From NCBI GenBank assembly GCA_041484665.1, contig JBGPIA010000005.1, forward strand, positions 160,001-224,000: DNA of 64,000 nt, read 5' to 3'. The stretch's first letter is position 1. Each line of letters begins with the position of its first letter. This stretch comes from Candidatus Krumholzibacteriia bacterium. GTDB taxonomy: Bacteria > Krumholzibacteriota > Krumholzibacteriia > JAJRXK01. The position numbers and the translations under genes are program-made. The notes beneath the pieces are model-generated. The model was not told the DNA's origin. It worked only from the letters and a program-made list of their open reading frames with translations, and made no database searches. Shown here in pieces: positions 43,746-54,296 of this stretch.

Positions 43746-46343
43746 TCAGCGCACCATGGTCAGCGCGCGCGATTGCGCCGTGCCCCATCCCTCGAGCCGG
43801 CACCAGTAGATGCCCGACGCCGCGGGCCGTCCTGCGTCGTCCAGTCCGTTCCAGACCACGGAGTGCGCGCCGGCCGGCAGGCTCGCGTCCAGCAGCGTGC
43901 GCACGAGCCGGCCGCGCAGATCGAAGACCCGCAGCCGCACGGCGCCACTCGCGTAGAGCGTGAATGGAAGCGTCGTCGCCGGATTGAACGGGTTGGGCAC
44001 GTTGACCGCCAGCACGAAGGGCGCGTGGCGCGCCGGGGCCGGCGGCGCGGCGGTCGTTGCCGGCGGCAGGTACACCACGGTCAGGCGCGTGCCCGCCCCG
44101 CCGGCGGCGAAGTCGTCCCATCCGTAGAAGCTGCCGGGCTCCAGCGTCCCTTTGCTCGCGACCAGCCCCAGGAAGTTCCCGGGCGCGTATCCGGGCCGGC
44201 TCACGAACGCCTGGACCAAGGGCGAGAGATCGGGGGAGACGTAGTCGTCGCCGGCCGTCCAGCGCCCCGCTGCGGGCCAGGTCAAGGTCGGCGCGGCGAG
44301 CGGATGGTGCCCGATCAGGTCGCCGACGAGGCCGTTGGTGAAGGGCGCCGCGTCGTCCACGTCGTACAGATGGATCGCCATGCCGCCCGCGTCGCTCGCG
44401 CCCTGCAAGGGGCAGGCCCGCACGGTCAGGAAAGCGTGCTGGATGGTCGCACCTTTCGGGACGTCGAGGGCGAACTCCATGGCGCTGGTCGCCTGGTCGG
44501 GATCGTTGCTCGCGATGTCGTACGGCTCCCCCGCGGCGTATCCCGAGCTGCGCACCTCCGACCGCGCCGACATCGCGTCGCGGTTGTCGGCGGCGATCGT
44601 GTAGGTGCGCGCGACGAGCTGCGGCTGGGCGGGGTCGGGGAGCACCGCGACGCGCTGCTCGCCGCGCAGTCCCGTCGCGTCGCTCGCCCAGGCGATGATC
44701 TCGTACCAGATGACCGCCAGGCTCTCACCATGGGAGCCGGCGACGAAGCTGCCGCCCTGGCCTGTCATGTCCTGGATCACGGGGTGCACGTGGTTGAGGT
44801 GGTGCAGGAGCACGGTCCAGTGCAGCTGACTCGCTGGGATCGCCCCCTCCTCGAGGTCGCGGGCGGAGCCGGCGAACGCGATGACATGGTCCACGATGAA
44901 CAGCGAGCTGTCGGCCGGCGTGAGGACGGTCACGTCGGGCGGCAGGTTTCCCACGGTGATCGTCATGGGCGGTGACGTGTTCGAGCCGCCGCGGCCGTCG
45001 GTGACGGTCAACGTGGCTGCGTAGGTGCCGTTGACGGTGTACGTGTGCGTGGGGTTCTTGGCGATGGACGGCGACGAGACATCCCCGAAGCTCCACTGGT
45101 AGCTCAAGGCGTCGCCATCCACGTCGTAGGAAGCACCGCCGTTGAAGCTCACCGCCAGAGGCGCGTAGCCGGCCGTGGGGGTGGCCATTGCGACGGCGGT
45201 CGGGTTGCGGTTGGCTGTTCCGGTGTAGAAGATCCGCCGCATGGCCCCCGGTGCGTAGGTGCAGTAGTAGAGCGCACCGTCGGGACCCAGCTCCAGGTCG
45301 ACCGGCCCGTACAGCAATCCGGTCGCTGCGGTCTGGATCCAGGGGTAGGTGACGCTGACCACCTGGTTGTGCGAATCGAGCACGATGCGGCCGAGGTGGC
45401 CGCGCGAGTGGTCGAAGAAGAAGAAGTTCCCGGAGTACTCCGCGGGAAAGTTGCTGCCCTGGTAGAAGACATTGCCCACGATTGCCGCGGAGCCCAGGCT
45501 GTGATCGTAGGAGAAGATCGGATCCACGAAGGCCGGGTTGGGCGCGCTGGCGATGCCTTCGACCACGGGCCAGCCGAAGTTCGCCCCCGGAGGCCCCGTG
45601 TCGACCTCTTCCCAGCTGTTGTAGCCCACGTCGCCGATGAAGGGGATCCCCGTGCCCGGCTGGATGGAGAATCGGAACGGGTTGCGCAGGCCCCACTGGT
45701 AGATCTCGGGCCGCACGCCTGCCACGCCCACGAACGGGTTGTCCGAAGGTATCGTCCCGTCGGGGTTCACCCGCAGCAGCTTGCCCTCCAGTCGCGAGCG
45801 ATCCTGGGGATACGGTGAGAGCCAGCCGGTGTCGCCCGTCGAGACGAACAGCCGGCCGTCGGGCGCGAAGCGGACGCAGCCACCGACGTGAAAGCCGTCA
45901 CCCGCGGGGATCGGGCCCAGCACCACGTGCTCGCTCGCCGGATCGATCGTGTCGCCGTTCACGGTAAAGCGCGACAACTGGTTGGCATTGCCGGTCTCGT
46001 TGCCCGTGGATGGCGTATACACCAGGTACAGGTACGGTGGGTTGGGGAACCCAGGCGCGAGCTCCATCCCCAGCAGGCCCTGCTCATCGAAGCGCTCCAC
46101 GCTCAAGGTCAGCATCGGCGTGGGGAGCAGCTGCCCGTTCTCGAACACCACCAGGTTGCCGCTCTGCTCGCCCACGAGGATCCGGCCGTCCGGGGTGAAG
46201 ACGAAGCAGGTCGGGATGGTCAAGCCGTTGATCACCAGCTCGTCGTTGAAGCCGGGCGGATAGACCTGGCCCGAACCTGGCTGGGGGGAGGCCAGCAGAC
46301 AGGCGACGGCGACGGCCAAAACGGCTCGGTACGGCGGGCGCAC
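43746..46343 (-). CDS. Secreted glucose/sorbosone dehydrogenase-like (PQQ-type beta-propeller) protein with PKD and FlgD/T9SS-like C-terminal domains
   Basis: EQGLLG, H.GG.V.F.PDG.LFVSTGD, GLRNPFR, GANFGWP; PKD YQWSFGD..HTY..GTY.ATLTVTD; PNPFNP..FDLRGRLV..WNG.D..GRPAASGIY. Confidence 0.88.
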   Translation of the reverse strand: MRPPYRAVLAVAVACLLASPQPGSGQVYPPGFNDELVINGLTIPTCFVFTPDGRILVGEQSGNLVVFENGQLLPTPMLTLSVERFDEQGLLGMELAPGFPNPPYLYLVYTPSTGNETGNANQLSRFTVNGDTIDPASEHVVLGPIPAGDGFHVGGCVRFAPDGRLFVSTGDTGWLSPYPQDRSRLEGKLLRVNPDGTIPSDNPFVGVAGVRPEIYQWGLRNPFRFSIQPGTGIPFIGDVGYNSWEEVDTGPPGANFGWPVVEGIASAPNPAFVDPIFSYDHSLGSAAIVGNVFYQGSNFPAEYSGNFFFFDHSRGHLGRIVLDSHNQVVSVTYPWIQTAATGLLYGPVDLELGPDGALYYCTYAPGAMRRIFYTGTANRNPTAVAMATPTAGYAPLAVSFNGGASYDVDGDALSYQWSFGDVSSPSIAKNPTHTYTVNGTYAATLTVTDGRGGSNTSPPMTITVGNLPPDVTVLTPADSSLFIVDHVIAFAGSARDLEEGAIPASQLHWTVLLHHLNHVHPVIQDMTGQGGSFVAGSHGESLAVIWYEIIAWASDATGLRGEQRVAVLPDPAQPQLVARTYTIAADNRDAMSARSEVRSSGYAAGEPYDIASNDPDQATSAMEFALDVPKGATIQHAFLTVRACPLQGASDAGGMAIHLYDVDDAAPFTNGLVGDLIGHHPLAAPTLTWPAAGRWTAGDDYVSPDLSPLVQAFVSRPGYAPGNFLGLVASKGTLEPGSFYGWDDFAAGGAGTRLTVVYLPPATTAAPPAPARHAPFVLAVNVPNPFNPATTLPFTLYASGAVRLRVFDLRGRLVRTLLDASLPAGAHSVVWNGLDDAGRPAASGIYWCRLEGWGTAQSRALTMVR

Positions 46344-46431
46344 GCAGGCTCCGGAGGTCGTGGGGGGACATGTAGGGTGCTGGGGAGAGCGGGGCGCTGG
46401 CGCGCGGTCTCCCTGGGCCCAACTGGTTGGG

Positions 46432-46440
46432 ATTATAGCA
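46432..46440 (-). promoter_or_regulatory. Extended -10 promoter for the dehydrogenase-like gene
   Basis: TGCTATAAT on the minus strand about 90 nt upstream of the start. Confidence 0.55.
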
Positions 46441-46453
46441 GGTCCGCCCTTCC

Positions 46454-46482
46454 TTGACCCTCCCGAAAGGGGGCACTATAGT
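46454..46482 (+). promoter_or_regulatory. Sigma70 promoter for tRNA-Leu/tig
   Basis: TTGACC, 17 nt spacer, TATAGT. Confidence 0.7.
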
Positions 46483-46577
46483 GTGCTGTCCCCGGTGGGG
46501 GGTCGCTCCCTGGCCACCGGGATCGCCCGCCGGCAGCGAGAATGGGCTGGCCCTGCATGCGGGCGCCTCCCTCTTTC

Positions 46578-46662
46578 GCGAGAGTGGCGGAACTGGTAGA
46601 CGCGCAGGATTTAGGTTCCTGTAAGGAAACTTGTGGGGGTTCGAGTCCCCCCTCTCGCACCA
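46578..46662 (+). tRNA. tRNA-Leu (anticodon TAG)
   Basis: GCGAGAG/CTCTCGC acceptor stem, CAGGA-TTTAGGT-TCCTG anticodon arm, long variable arm, GGTTCGAGTCC T arm, encoded CCA. Confidence 0.97.
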
Positions 46663-46753
46663 GGCTTCACCGCGAGGGCGCGTACGGATGAGACAGCGGG
46701 CCCGCTGGGGCGGGGCCCGGGTTGCGGGGTTCCGCAGGGAGGGTTGCGCCACC

Positions 46754-48295
46754 ATGACCGACGTCAGTCCCTTCCGCATCGAGCTCGAGGTTCCCCAGTC
46801 CTGGGAGCGGCGAGCACGTGTGGAAGTCTCCGCCGAGCAGATGGAGGCGGCGCGCCAGGGCGTGGTCAGCGGGCTGCGCAAGAAGATCACCATGCCCGGC
46901 TTCCGCAAGGGCAAGGTGCCGCTCGAGGTGATCCAGCGCGACTTCGCCGAGCGCATCGACCAGGAGGCCCTGGAGCAGATCATCCCGGCCGCCTACCGCC
47001 AGCTGCTCGCGAGCCACGACCAACTGCGGCCGGTGAGCGACCCGCGCGTCGAGAACCTGCACTTGCACGCAGGCGAGCCGGTGCACTTCGACCTGATGGT
47101 CGAGGTCCGCCCCGAGATTCAGCTGCAGGGCTACAAGGGGCTCCAGATCGAGCGGCCGGTCGTCGCGGTCACCGAGCAGCACGTTGACAGCGCGATGGAG
47201 CAGCTCGCCGAGCGCAACACGCGCTGGCTCCCCGTCAGCCGCCAGGCCCGTGCCGGCGACGCCCTGCTGATCAGCTTCGCGCCGCTGCAGGAGGACGGCG
47301 CTCCCGACGAGTCCCAGCGCACGAACGACTACGCAATGGAGCTGGGCGGCGACGGCGTGCTGCCCGAGTTCAGTTCGGCGCTACAGGGCCTGCAGCCCGG
47401 CGAGGACACCCGCGTCGACGTCACCTATGCGGCGGACTACCCGCGCCAGGACCTGGCCGGCAAGAGCATGCGCTTCCACGTGGCGCTCAAGGAGTTGCGC
47501 GAGAAGCAGGTTCCGCCACTCGATGACGAGTTCGCCCGGTCGGTCAGCCCGCACACGACGTTGGGGGAGCTGCGCGCGGAGGTGCGCGCGGAGCTGGAGC
47601 GGGCGAGCCGGCACGAGAGCGACCGCCTGGTCCACGAGCTGATGATCGATCGCATCCTGGCGGCCAACGATGTCCCCGTGCCGCCCAGCCTCGAGGCACG
47701 GTACCTGCAGGCCATCCTGCGCGATTTCGAGCGCAACGCCGGCCAGCCGCTCGACGACGCCGCGCGCGAGCAGCTCTGGGAGCGCTACCGGCCCGCCGCC
47801 CACCGCGCCGTCCAGCGCCTGTTCGTGCTGGAGCAGCTGCGGCAGGTCGAGGGGCTTGCGGTCGGCGACGAGGAGCTGCAGGAGCGCATTGCGGAGCTGG
47901 CCGCGAGCCGGAAAGTCACGCCCGACGAGATGCGCCGCGCATTGCAGGGCAGCAACAGCCTGGAGCGCTTGCGCAACGATTTGGTCGAGGACAAGGTGTT
48001 CGCGCTGCTCACGGAGAATGCCACGATCACCGTGGTCGAGCGCACGGCCGCGGAGGTGCCGCTGCGCCAGGCTCCAGACGCCGGAGTGGGCACCGGAGTG
48101 GACACCGGATCGGACACCCGATCGAACTCCCGATCGGACACCCGCTCGGCCGCCACTGCAGGCGCCGGATCGGCCGTCCGGCCGGCCAGCTCGGCGGATG
48201 GCGGCACGGAGGGCGGCCCGGAACGCGAGCGGGGGCTGGAGGCGGCGGGACCCCTCGATGCCCGGATGCGGGGCGCGGACAGCGCCGCAGCGTAG
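46754..48295 (+). CDS. tig: Trigger factor with a low-complexity C-terminal extension
   Basis: PGFRKGKVP signature; FKBP-like middle; position before clpP. Confidence 0.95.
   Translation: MTDVSPFRIELEVPQSWERRARVEVSAEQMEAARQGVVSGLRKKITMPGFRKGKVPLEVIQRDFAERIDQEALEQIIPAAYRQLLASHDQLRPVSDPRVENLHLHAGEPVHFDLMVEVRPEIQLQGYKGLQIERPVVAVTEQHVDSAMEQLAERNTRWLPVSRQARAGDALLISFAPLQEDGAPDESQRTNDYAMELGGDGVLPEFSSALQGLQPGEDTRVDVTYAADYPRQDLAGKSMRFHVALKELREKQVPPLDDEFARSVSPHTTLGELRAEVRAELERASRHESDRLVHELMIDRILAANDVPVPPSLEARYLQAILRDFERNAGQPLDDAAREQLWERYRPAAHRAVQRLFVLEQLRQVEGLAVGDEELQERIAELAASRKVTPDEMRRALQGSNSLERLRNDLVEDKVFALLTENATITVVERTAAEVPLRQAPDAGVGTGVDTGSDTRSNSRSDTRSAATAGAGSAVRPASSADGGTEGGPERERGLEAAGPLDARMRGADSAAA
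48081..48152 (+). repeat. 12-nt degenerate tandem repeat x6 in the tig tail
   Basis: ccggagtgggca, ccggagtggaca, ccggatcggaca, cccgatcgaact, cccgatcggaca, cccgctcggccg. Confidence 0.8.
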
Positions 48296-48350
48296 GACAT
48301 CCGATGCGGTGGGGCGGCGCCGGATGCCACCCGCCAAAGGAGTGACGACG

Positions 48351-48965
48351 ATGCTGGTGCCGATTGTGGTCGAGCAGACGGGGCGCGGCGAGCGTGCCTA
48401 CGACATCTACAGCCGCCTCCTGAAGGATCGGATCGTCTTCATCGGATCGCCGATCGACGACACCGTGAGCAACCTGGTCATCGCCCAGCTCCTCTTCCTC
48501 CAGGCGGAGGACTCCGAGCGGGATATCTACTTGTACATCAACAGCCCCGGCGGGGTGATCTCGGCAGGCTTGGCGATCTACGACACGATGCAGTACATTT
48601 CCAATGACGTTGCGACGATCTGCATGGGTCAGGCGGCCAGCATGGCGGCGGTCCTGCTGGCGGCGGGGGCTGTGGGCAAGCGCGCAGCGCTGCCCCATTC
48701 CCGCATCATGATCCACCAGCCGATGGGAGGCAGCCACGGGCAGGCCTCGATGATCGAGATCTACGCGCGCGAGATTCTCTATATGCGCGATAAGCTCAAC
48801 GAGATCCTCGCCAGCCATACGGGGCAGCCGATCAAGAAGATCGCCAAGGACACCGACCGGGACTTCTTCATGTCGGCGACGGAATCGAAGGAGTACGGAC
48901 TGGTCGACCGGGTGATCGAGAAGCGTCTGGAGCTCAACGGAGGGGACAAGGGGACGACGAGCTGA
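48351..48965 (+). CDS. clpP: ATP-dependent Clp protease proteolytic subunit
   Basis: [29 protein letters not shown]. Confidence 0.98.
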   Translation: MLVPIVVEQTGRGERAYDIYSRLLKDRIVFIGSPIDDTVSNLVIAQLLFLQAEDSERDIYLYINSPGGVISAGLAIYDTMQYISNDVATICMGQAASMAAVLLAAGAVGKRAALPHSRIMIHQPMGGSHGQASMIEIYAREILYMRDKLNEILASHTGQPIKKIAKDTDRDFFMSATESKEYGLVDRVIEKRLELNGGDKGTTS

Positions 48966-49035
48966 ACGAGAGTGGTCGGCCGCTCGGCGCCTTCGGCGCG
49001 CGACGGCAGTGGGGCACCGGACTTCGGCGGGTGTC

Positions 49036-50292
49036 ATGAAGACCAAGAAAGGCAGTCCTCAGGTGATCAAGTGCTCGTTCTGCGGACGCGGACAGGACGA
49101 GGTGGCGAAGCTCGTCTCCGGCCCGTCGGTCTACATCTGCAACGAATGCATCAAGCTGTGCAACGACATCCTCGAGGACGAGTTGCCGGCGATCAGCGCC
49201 CTCGAGGCGAAGGACTTCCCCAAGCCCCACGACATCAAGAAGGCGCTCGACCTCTACGTGGTCGGGCAGGAGCACGCCAAGCGGACCCTGTCGGTTGCGG
49301 TCTACAACCACTACAAGCGCATTAACCACCGCCGCGAGGCGGATGACGTCGAGCTGGACAAGAGCAACATCCTGCTGGTGGGCTCCACCGGCACGGGGAA
49401 GACGCTGCTGGCGCAGACGCTCGCCCGCATCCTCAAGGTGCCCTTCGCCATCGTCGACGCCACCTGCCTCACCGAGGCGGGCTACGTGGGCGAGGACGTG
49501 GAGAACATCCTCGTCAAGCTCCTTCAGAACGCCGACTACAACCTGGCGGCCGCCGAGCGCGGCATCGTCTACATCGACGAGCTCGACAAGATCGGGCGCA
49601 AGAGCGACAACCCGTCCATCACGCGCGACGTGTCCGGCGAGGGCGTGCAGCAGGCGCTGCTCAAGATGCTCGAGGGCACCGTGGCCAACGTCCCGCCCCA
49701 AGGCGGGCGCAAGCACCCGCAGCAGAAGTACCTCGAGGTGGACACGCGCGACATCCTCTTCATCTGCGGCGGAGCCTTCGAGGGGCTCGACCGCATCGTG
49801 TCCCAGCGCGTCGGCGACAAGATGCTCGGCTTCGAGACCGCCTCGCGTCGCAAGCCCGTGACGCAGCGGGGCAAGATCCTCCAGGAGGTCGAGCCCGCCG
49901 ATCTCATGAAATTCGGCCTCATTCCCGAGCTGGTCGGCCGCCTGCCCGTGGTGGCCGCCCTCGAGGAGCTCGACGAGGGCGCCATGGTGCGCGTCCTGAC
50001 CGAGCCCAAGAACGCCATCGTGCGCCAGTACCAGAAGCTTTTCGAGATGGAGGGCGTGGAGCTCGTCATCGACGAGGAGGCGCTGCGCGCGGTGGCCAAG
50101 CGCGCGATCCAGCGCAAGACCGGGGCGCGCGGCCTGCGCGCGATCCTCGAGGACGTGATGCTGGGCTTGATGTACGACATTCCCTCCAATCGGGACGTGC
50201 TCCGGGTGGTCGTCACCAAGGAGACGATCGAGGAGAACCTCGAGCCCGAGATCTTCACGACGGGCGATCAGCTCCGCCTCAAGGAAGCCTGA
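49036..50292 (+). CDS. clpX: Clp protease ATP-binding subunit
   Basis: CSFC/CNEC zinc domain, [33 protein letters not shown]. Confidence 0.98.
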   Translation: MKTKKGSPQVIKCSFCGRGQDEVAKLVSGPSVYICNECIKLCNDILEDELPAISALEAKDFPKPHDIKKALDLYVVGQEHAKRTLSVAVYNHYKRINHRREADDVELDKSNILLVGSTGTGKTLLAQTLARILKVPFAIVDATCLTEAGYVGEDVENILVKLLQNADYNLAAAERGIVYIDELDKIGRKSDNPSITRDVSGEGVQQALLKMLEGTVANVPPQGGRKHPQQKYLEVDTRDILFICGGAFEGLDRIVSQRVGDKMLGFETASRRKPVTQRGKILQEVEPADLMKFGLIPELVGRLPVVAALEELDEGAMVRVLTEPKNAIVRQYQKLFEMEGVELVIDEEALRAVAKRAIQRKTGARGLRAILEDVMLGLMYDIPSNRDVLRVVVTKETIEENLEPEIFTTGDQLRLKEA

Positions 50293-50520
50293 TCCGCTCC
50301 GGCACAACGTGGTGGGTGACAGCCCGGGGAGGCCTGCACGCCGGCGGCCTCCTCGTCGTGTCTTGAGGAGGGCCGCCGCGGCCGGCGAAGCGCCGGGGCA
50401 GGCGCGATGCGGCGCCGGCTGGCCCGGGTCGGCGCAGGCCGGCACGAGTCGGCGGGGGTCGCCAGGGCCAACACGCGGTTACGCAAGGTTCGGCCGAGAC
50501 GGGCAAGGGAGGCGGCCAGG

Positions 50521-53037
50521 ATGAGCGACGAGACCGATCGCACCCCGCCGGCGCAGAGCCAGGCGGAGCGTCGCGCGAAGCTGCCGCTGCTGCCGCTGCG
50601 CGACGTGGTCATCTTTCCCGGCGCGGTCCTGCCGTTGTTGGTGGGACGGGAGAAGTCGATCCGCGCGCTGAAGGTGGCCTCCGAGGGCGACAAGCTGCTG
50701 GTGGTGACCGCCCAGAAGGAGGCGGACGTCGCCGACCCCACCGAGGAGGACCTCTACCGCATCGGCACCATCGTGCGCGTGCACCAGATCGCGCGCCTGC
50801 CGGACGGCACCACGCGCATCCTGATCGAGGGGCTCGGCCGCGCCCGCATCCGCCGCTTCTTCGACCGCTCCGAATACCTCGAGGTGCGCGTCGAGGAGCT
50901 GGAGACCGCCTTGGCCGAGCAGAGCACCGAGTTCGAGGCGCTCTCGCGCCAGCTGCTGGACTCCTTCACCGAATACGTGGGGCTCAACCGTCGCCTGACC
51001 GATGAGGTGGCGGTCAGCGTGGGCCACATCGAGGACGTCGAGCGCCGCGTGGACACGATGTGCGCCTACCTGATGGCGCGCGTCAGCAGCAAGCAGCGCC
51101 TGCTGGCCGAGACCGACCTGATGCGCCGCATGCGCGAGCTGGCCCACGTGCTGCACCGCGAGGTGGAGATCCTGCGCGTCGAGCAGCGCATCGAGGGCGA
51201 GGTCAAGAAGCAGGTCGAGAAGGGGCAGAAGGAGTTCTACCTCAACGAGCAGCTGCGGGCCATCCGCAAGGAGCTCGGCTACGGCGCCGACGACGACGAC
51301 GAGATCGAAGAGCTGGTGCGCAAGATCGAGGACACCGGCATGACCGACGAGGCGCGCGACGTCGCCCTCAAGGAGGTGGGGCGCCTGGCGAAGATGGCGC
51401 CCATGTCACCCGAGTCCTCGGTCATCCGCAGCTACCTCGAGGTGCTGCTGGCGCTGCCGTGGAAGGCGCGCACCGACGACCAGCTCGACACGCGCCGCGT
51501 CGCCAAGCAGCTCGACCTGGACCACTTCGGCCTGGAGAAGGTCAAGGAGCGCATCCTGGAGTTCCTGAGCGTGGTGAAGCTCAGCGGACGGCTGCAGGGC
51601 TCGATCCTCTGCCTGGTGGGGCCGCCGGGCACCGGCAAGACGAGCCTGGGCCGCTCCGTGGCCGAGGCGATGGGGCGCAAGTTCGTGCGCGTCTCCTTGG
51701 GCGGGGTGCGCGACGAGGCGGAGATCCGCGGGCACCGGCGCACCTACATCGGTAGCCGCCCGGGACGGATCCTGGAGGGGATGCGCAAGGCCGCCACGCG
51801 CAATCCGGTGTTCCTGCTGGACGAGATCGACAAGCTGGGGGCCGATTTCCGCGGCGACCCCAGCGCGGCGCTGCTGGAGGTGCTTGACCCCGAGCAGAAC
51901 CGCAACTACAGCGACCACTTCCTCGAGATCCCGTTCGATCTCTCCGAGGTCTTCTTCATCTGCACGGCGAACGTGCTGCACCAGATTCCGTCCGCGCTGG
52001 AGGATCGCATGGAGATCATCCGGCTGCCGGGGTATCTCGATCACGAGAAGGTGGCCATCGCGCGCGACTTCCTGCAGCCCAAGCTGCTGCGCAACCACGG
52101 CCTGGAGCGCGCGCGCTTCTCCATCAGCGACCAGGCCATGCTGGACGTCATCAACCTCTACACGCGCGAAGCAGGCGTGCGCGACCAGGAGCGGCAGCTG
52201 GCCAAGGTCTGCCGCAAGGTCGCGCGCGCAAAGGCCGAGCGGCGCCGCGTGCCGCGCACGATCCATCGCGGCAACCTGCACCGTTTCCTGGGGCCGCCCA
52301 AGTACCTGCACCGCCGCGTCGACCAGGAGCCCGAGGTGGGCGTCGTCACCGGCCTGGCCTGGACGCCGGTGGGGGGCGAGATCCTCGAGATGGAGGTCGC
52401 GATCCTGCCCGGCACCGGCAAGCTGGTACTGACGGGCAATCTCAAGGAGGTCATGCGCGAGAGCGCGCGCGCGGCGCTGAGCTACGCGCGCAGCATCGTG
52501 CCGTCTTCGGCCGAGCGCCTGGCCAAGAGCGACATCCACATCCACGTGCCCGAGGGAGCGGTGCCCAAGGACGGCCCCAGCGCAGGCATCGCCATGGCGA
52601 CGGCGCTGGTGTCGGTGCTGACCGGACGCAAGGTCCGCCGCGACGTCGCCATGACGGGCGAGATCACGCTGCGCGGGCGCGTGCTCCCCATCGGCGGGCT
52701 GCCCGAGAAGGCGGTGGCGGCGCAGCGGGCGGGCTGCACGCACATCATCATTCCCAAGGAGAACGACAAGGACTACCAGGAGCTCCCGCGCGACGTGCAG
52801 AAGGGCTTGCGCTGGCAGCAGGTCAGCCGCGTGGAGGAAGTCCTCAAGCTGGCGCTCTTGCCCGAGGATGCGGAGACGCGCATCCCGCCGCAGGAGCTGC
52901 TCGAGCCCGCTCGCGAGCTCAAGGAGCACCTCGAGAAGCTGCCGCTGCTTCCCGAGCGCTCCGATCGCCCTCCGCGCCCCAAGACCGGGCCCCCGGGGCA
53001 GGCGCTGGACATTCCGCCCAAGGGCACGCCGCACTGA
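50521..53037 (+). CDS. lon: Lon protease
   Basis: LPLRD, GPPGTGKTS, IRGHRRTYIG, PKDGPSAG, MTGEITLRG. Confidence 0.98.
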   Translation: MSDETDRTPPAQSQAERRAKLPLLPLRDVVIFPGAVLPLLVGREKSIRALKVASEGDKLLVVTAQKEADVADPTEEDLYRIGTIVRVHQIARLPDGTTRILIEGLGRARIRRFFDRSEYLEVRVEELETALAEQSTEFEALSRQLLDSFTEYVGLNRRLTDEVAVSVGHIEDVERRVDTMCAYLMARVSSKQRLLAETDLMRRMRELAHVLHREVEILRVEQRIEGEVKKQVEKGQKEFYLNEQLRAIRKELGYGADDDDEIEELVRKIEDTGMTDEARDVALKEVGRLAKMAPMSPESSVIRSYLEVLLALPWKARTDDQLDTRRVAKQLDLDHFGLEKVKERILEFLSVVKLSGRLQGSILCLVGPPGTGKTSLGRSVAEAMGRKFVRVSLGGVRDEAEIRGHRRTYIGSRPGRILEGMRKAATRNPVFLLDEIDKLGADFRGDPSAALLEVLDPEQNRNYSDHFLEIPFDLSEVFFICTANVLHQIPSALEDRMEIIRLPGYLDHEKVAIARDFLQPKLLRNHGLERARFSISDQAMLDVINLYTREAGVRDQERQLAKVCRKVARAKAERRRVPRTIHRGNLHRFLGPPKYLHRRVDQEPEVGVVTGLAWTPVGGEILEMEVAILPGTGKLVLTGNLKEVMRESARAALSYARSIVPSSAERLAKSDIHIHVPEGAVPKDGPSAGIAMATALVSVLTGRKVRRDVAMTGEITLRGRVLPIGGLPEKAVAAQRAGCTHIIIPKENDKDYQELPRDVQKGLRWQQVSRVEEVLKLALLPEDAETRIPPQELLEPARELKEHLEKLPLLPERSDRPPRPKTGPPGQALDIPPKGTPH

Positions 53038-54119
53038 TGGCATCCCACCAGGTCGAGCTGGTGACGCTCGCCCCGACCCTGCGGGAGTGCCCGGCCGACC
53101 CGATTCCCGAGATCGCCTTCAGCGGGCGCTCCAACGTCGGCAAGTCCTCGCTGCTCAACCTGCTGGTGGGCCGCAAGCGCCTTGCCCACACGAGCGCGGC
53201 GCCGGGCAAGACGCAGACCCTGGTCTACTACAAGGTCGACGAGCGCTGGCACCTGGTGGACATGCCCGGGTACGGCTACGCGCGCGTGCCTACGGAAGTG
53301 CGTCGGCGCTGGACCGCCGCCGTCAGCGAGTACCTGCACGGACGCGAGCAGCTGGCGGGCCTGATCCAACTGGTGGACATCCGGGTCGGCTTCACTCCGG
53401 ACGACCGCTCGCGATTGCACGAGCTGGTCGCCCTCGACAAGCCGTTTTGCCTGGCCATGACGAAGGCCGACAAGGTGCCGCGTGCCCGGCAGGAGGAGAT
53501 CGTGGCCGGCCATCTGGCCGGGCTGAGCCTGGCACCCGACACGGGGGTGATTCTCACCTCGGCCCTGCACCACTACGGGCAGCGAGAGCTTTGGGCGTGG
53601 ATCGGCCAGGTGCTGGCGGGGCGCATCGGCCGCCCGCTTGTCCTGTCGCCTGCGCGCACGGAGGCCGTCCAACCGGCAGAGCCCCGCCCAACCCCCGCGA
53701 GACAGCCGCACCCAGGGCGCGCGCCGGGCCGCCCGCCTGGCAAGCGATTCGCGCAGCGAGTCCCGGCGCCGCGGCCGGCGGGCCGAGCCAAGGCCTCCCC
53801 AGCCCGGTCGGGCACGCAGCGATCGACCTCCGGCGGCGGCAAGGCATCGCCCATTCACCCCGGCCCGCAGCGCTTGAGGGCAGCCTACGGCAAGGGCTCC
53901 CCGGGACGGTCCGGCCCGCCGCGCTCCAGGACCGCTGACGGGAGGGGCTCGCCTTCTCGGCCGGGGCCACCGGGCCCCAAGGCAGCGTACGGGAAGGGCT
54001 CTCCGGGTCGGCCGGGGCCACGGGGCCCCAAGGCAGCCTACGGCAAGGGGTCCCCGGGTCGGTCGGGGCCGCCGCGCAGCGGCCGCGCCCGCAGCAAGGG
54101 CTCCAAAAGGTCGCGTTGA
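53037..54119 (+). CDS. engB: Ribosome-biogenesis GTPase EngB/YihA/YsxC with a long basic repeat tail
   Basis: GRSNVGKSS, PGKT, DMPGYG, TKADK; start overlaps the lon stop; about 165-aa R/P/G/S-rich extension. Confidence 0.93.
   Translation: MASHQVELVTLAPTLRECPADPIPEIAFSGRSNVGKSSLLNLLVGRKRLAHTSAAPGKTQTLVYYKVDERWHLVDMPGYGYARVPTEVRRRWTAAVSEYLHGREQLAGLIQLVDIRVGFTPDDRSRLHELVALDKPFCLAMTKADKVPRARQEEIVAGHLAGLSLAPDTGVILTSALHHYGQRELWAWIGQVLAGRIGRPLVLSPARTEAVQPAEPRPTPARQPHPGRAPGRPPGKRFAQRVPAPRPAGRAKASPARSGTQRSTSGGGKASPIHPGPQRLRAAYGKGSPGRSGPPRSRTADGRGSPSRPGPPGPKAAYGKGSPGRPGPRGPKAAYGKGSPGRSGPPRSGRARSKGSKRSR
53880..54083 (+). repeat. 51-nt (17-aa) tandem repeat x4 in the EngB tail
   Basis: AAYGKGSPGRSGPPRSR / TADGRGSPSRPGPPGPK / AAYGKGSPGRPGPRGPK / AAYGKGSPGRSGPPRSG at 53880, 53931, 53982, 54033. 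Confidence 0.92.
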
Positions 54120-54144
54120 CACCCCCCGGCCGGCTGCGTATACT
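54116..54144 (+). promoter_or_regulatory. Near-consensus sigma70 promoter overlapping the engB stop codon
   Basis: TTGACA (54116-54121), 17 nt spacer, TATACT (54139-54144). Confidence 0.8.
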
Positions 54145-54296
54145 GCAGATACGCATCACACTGGCATGCTTCTAGTTAGCTTGCCGGGGAAGGACTCCCG
54201 GGGGGCGCGTATCCGCTGCAGACCGCGCAACGGGCAGGTCGTGCCCAGGCGGAAGCGGCGGGGAAGAAAGGGCAACGCGTAGGAATCGAGGTTAGC

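Noticed and set aside
53880..54083. Tandem repeats as a CRISPR array
   Set aside because: The units are contiguous, in frame and lack unique spacers, and there are no cas genes.
54150..54296. Riboswitch in the approximately 145-nt leader of the temptin-like gene
   Set aside because: I could not match any known aptamer consensus by eye; an Rfam search is needed.
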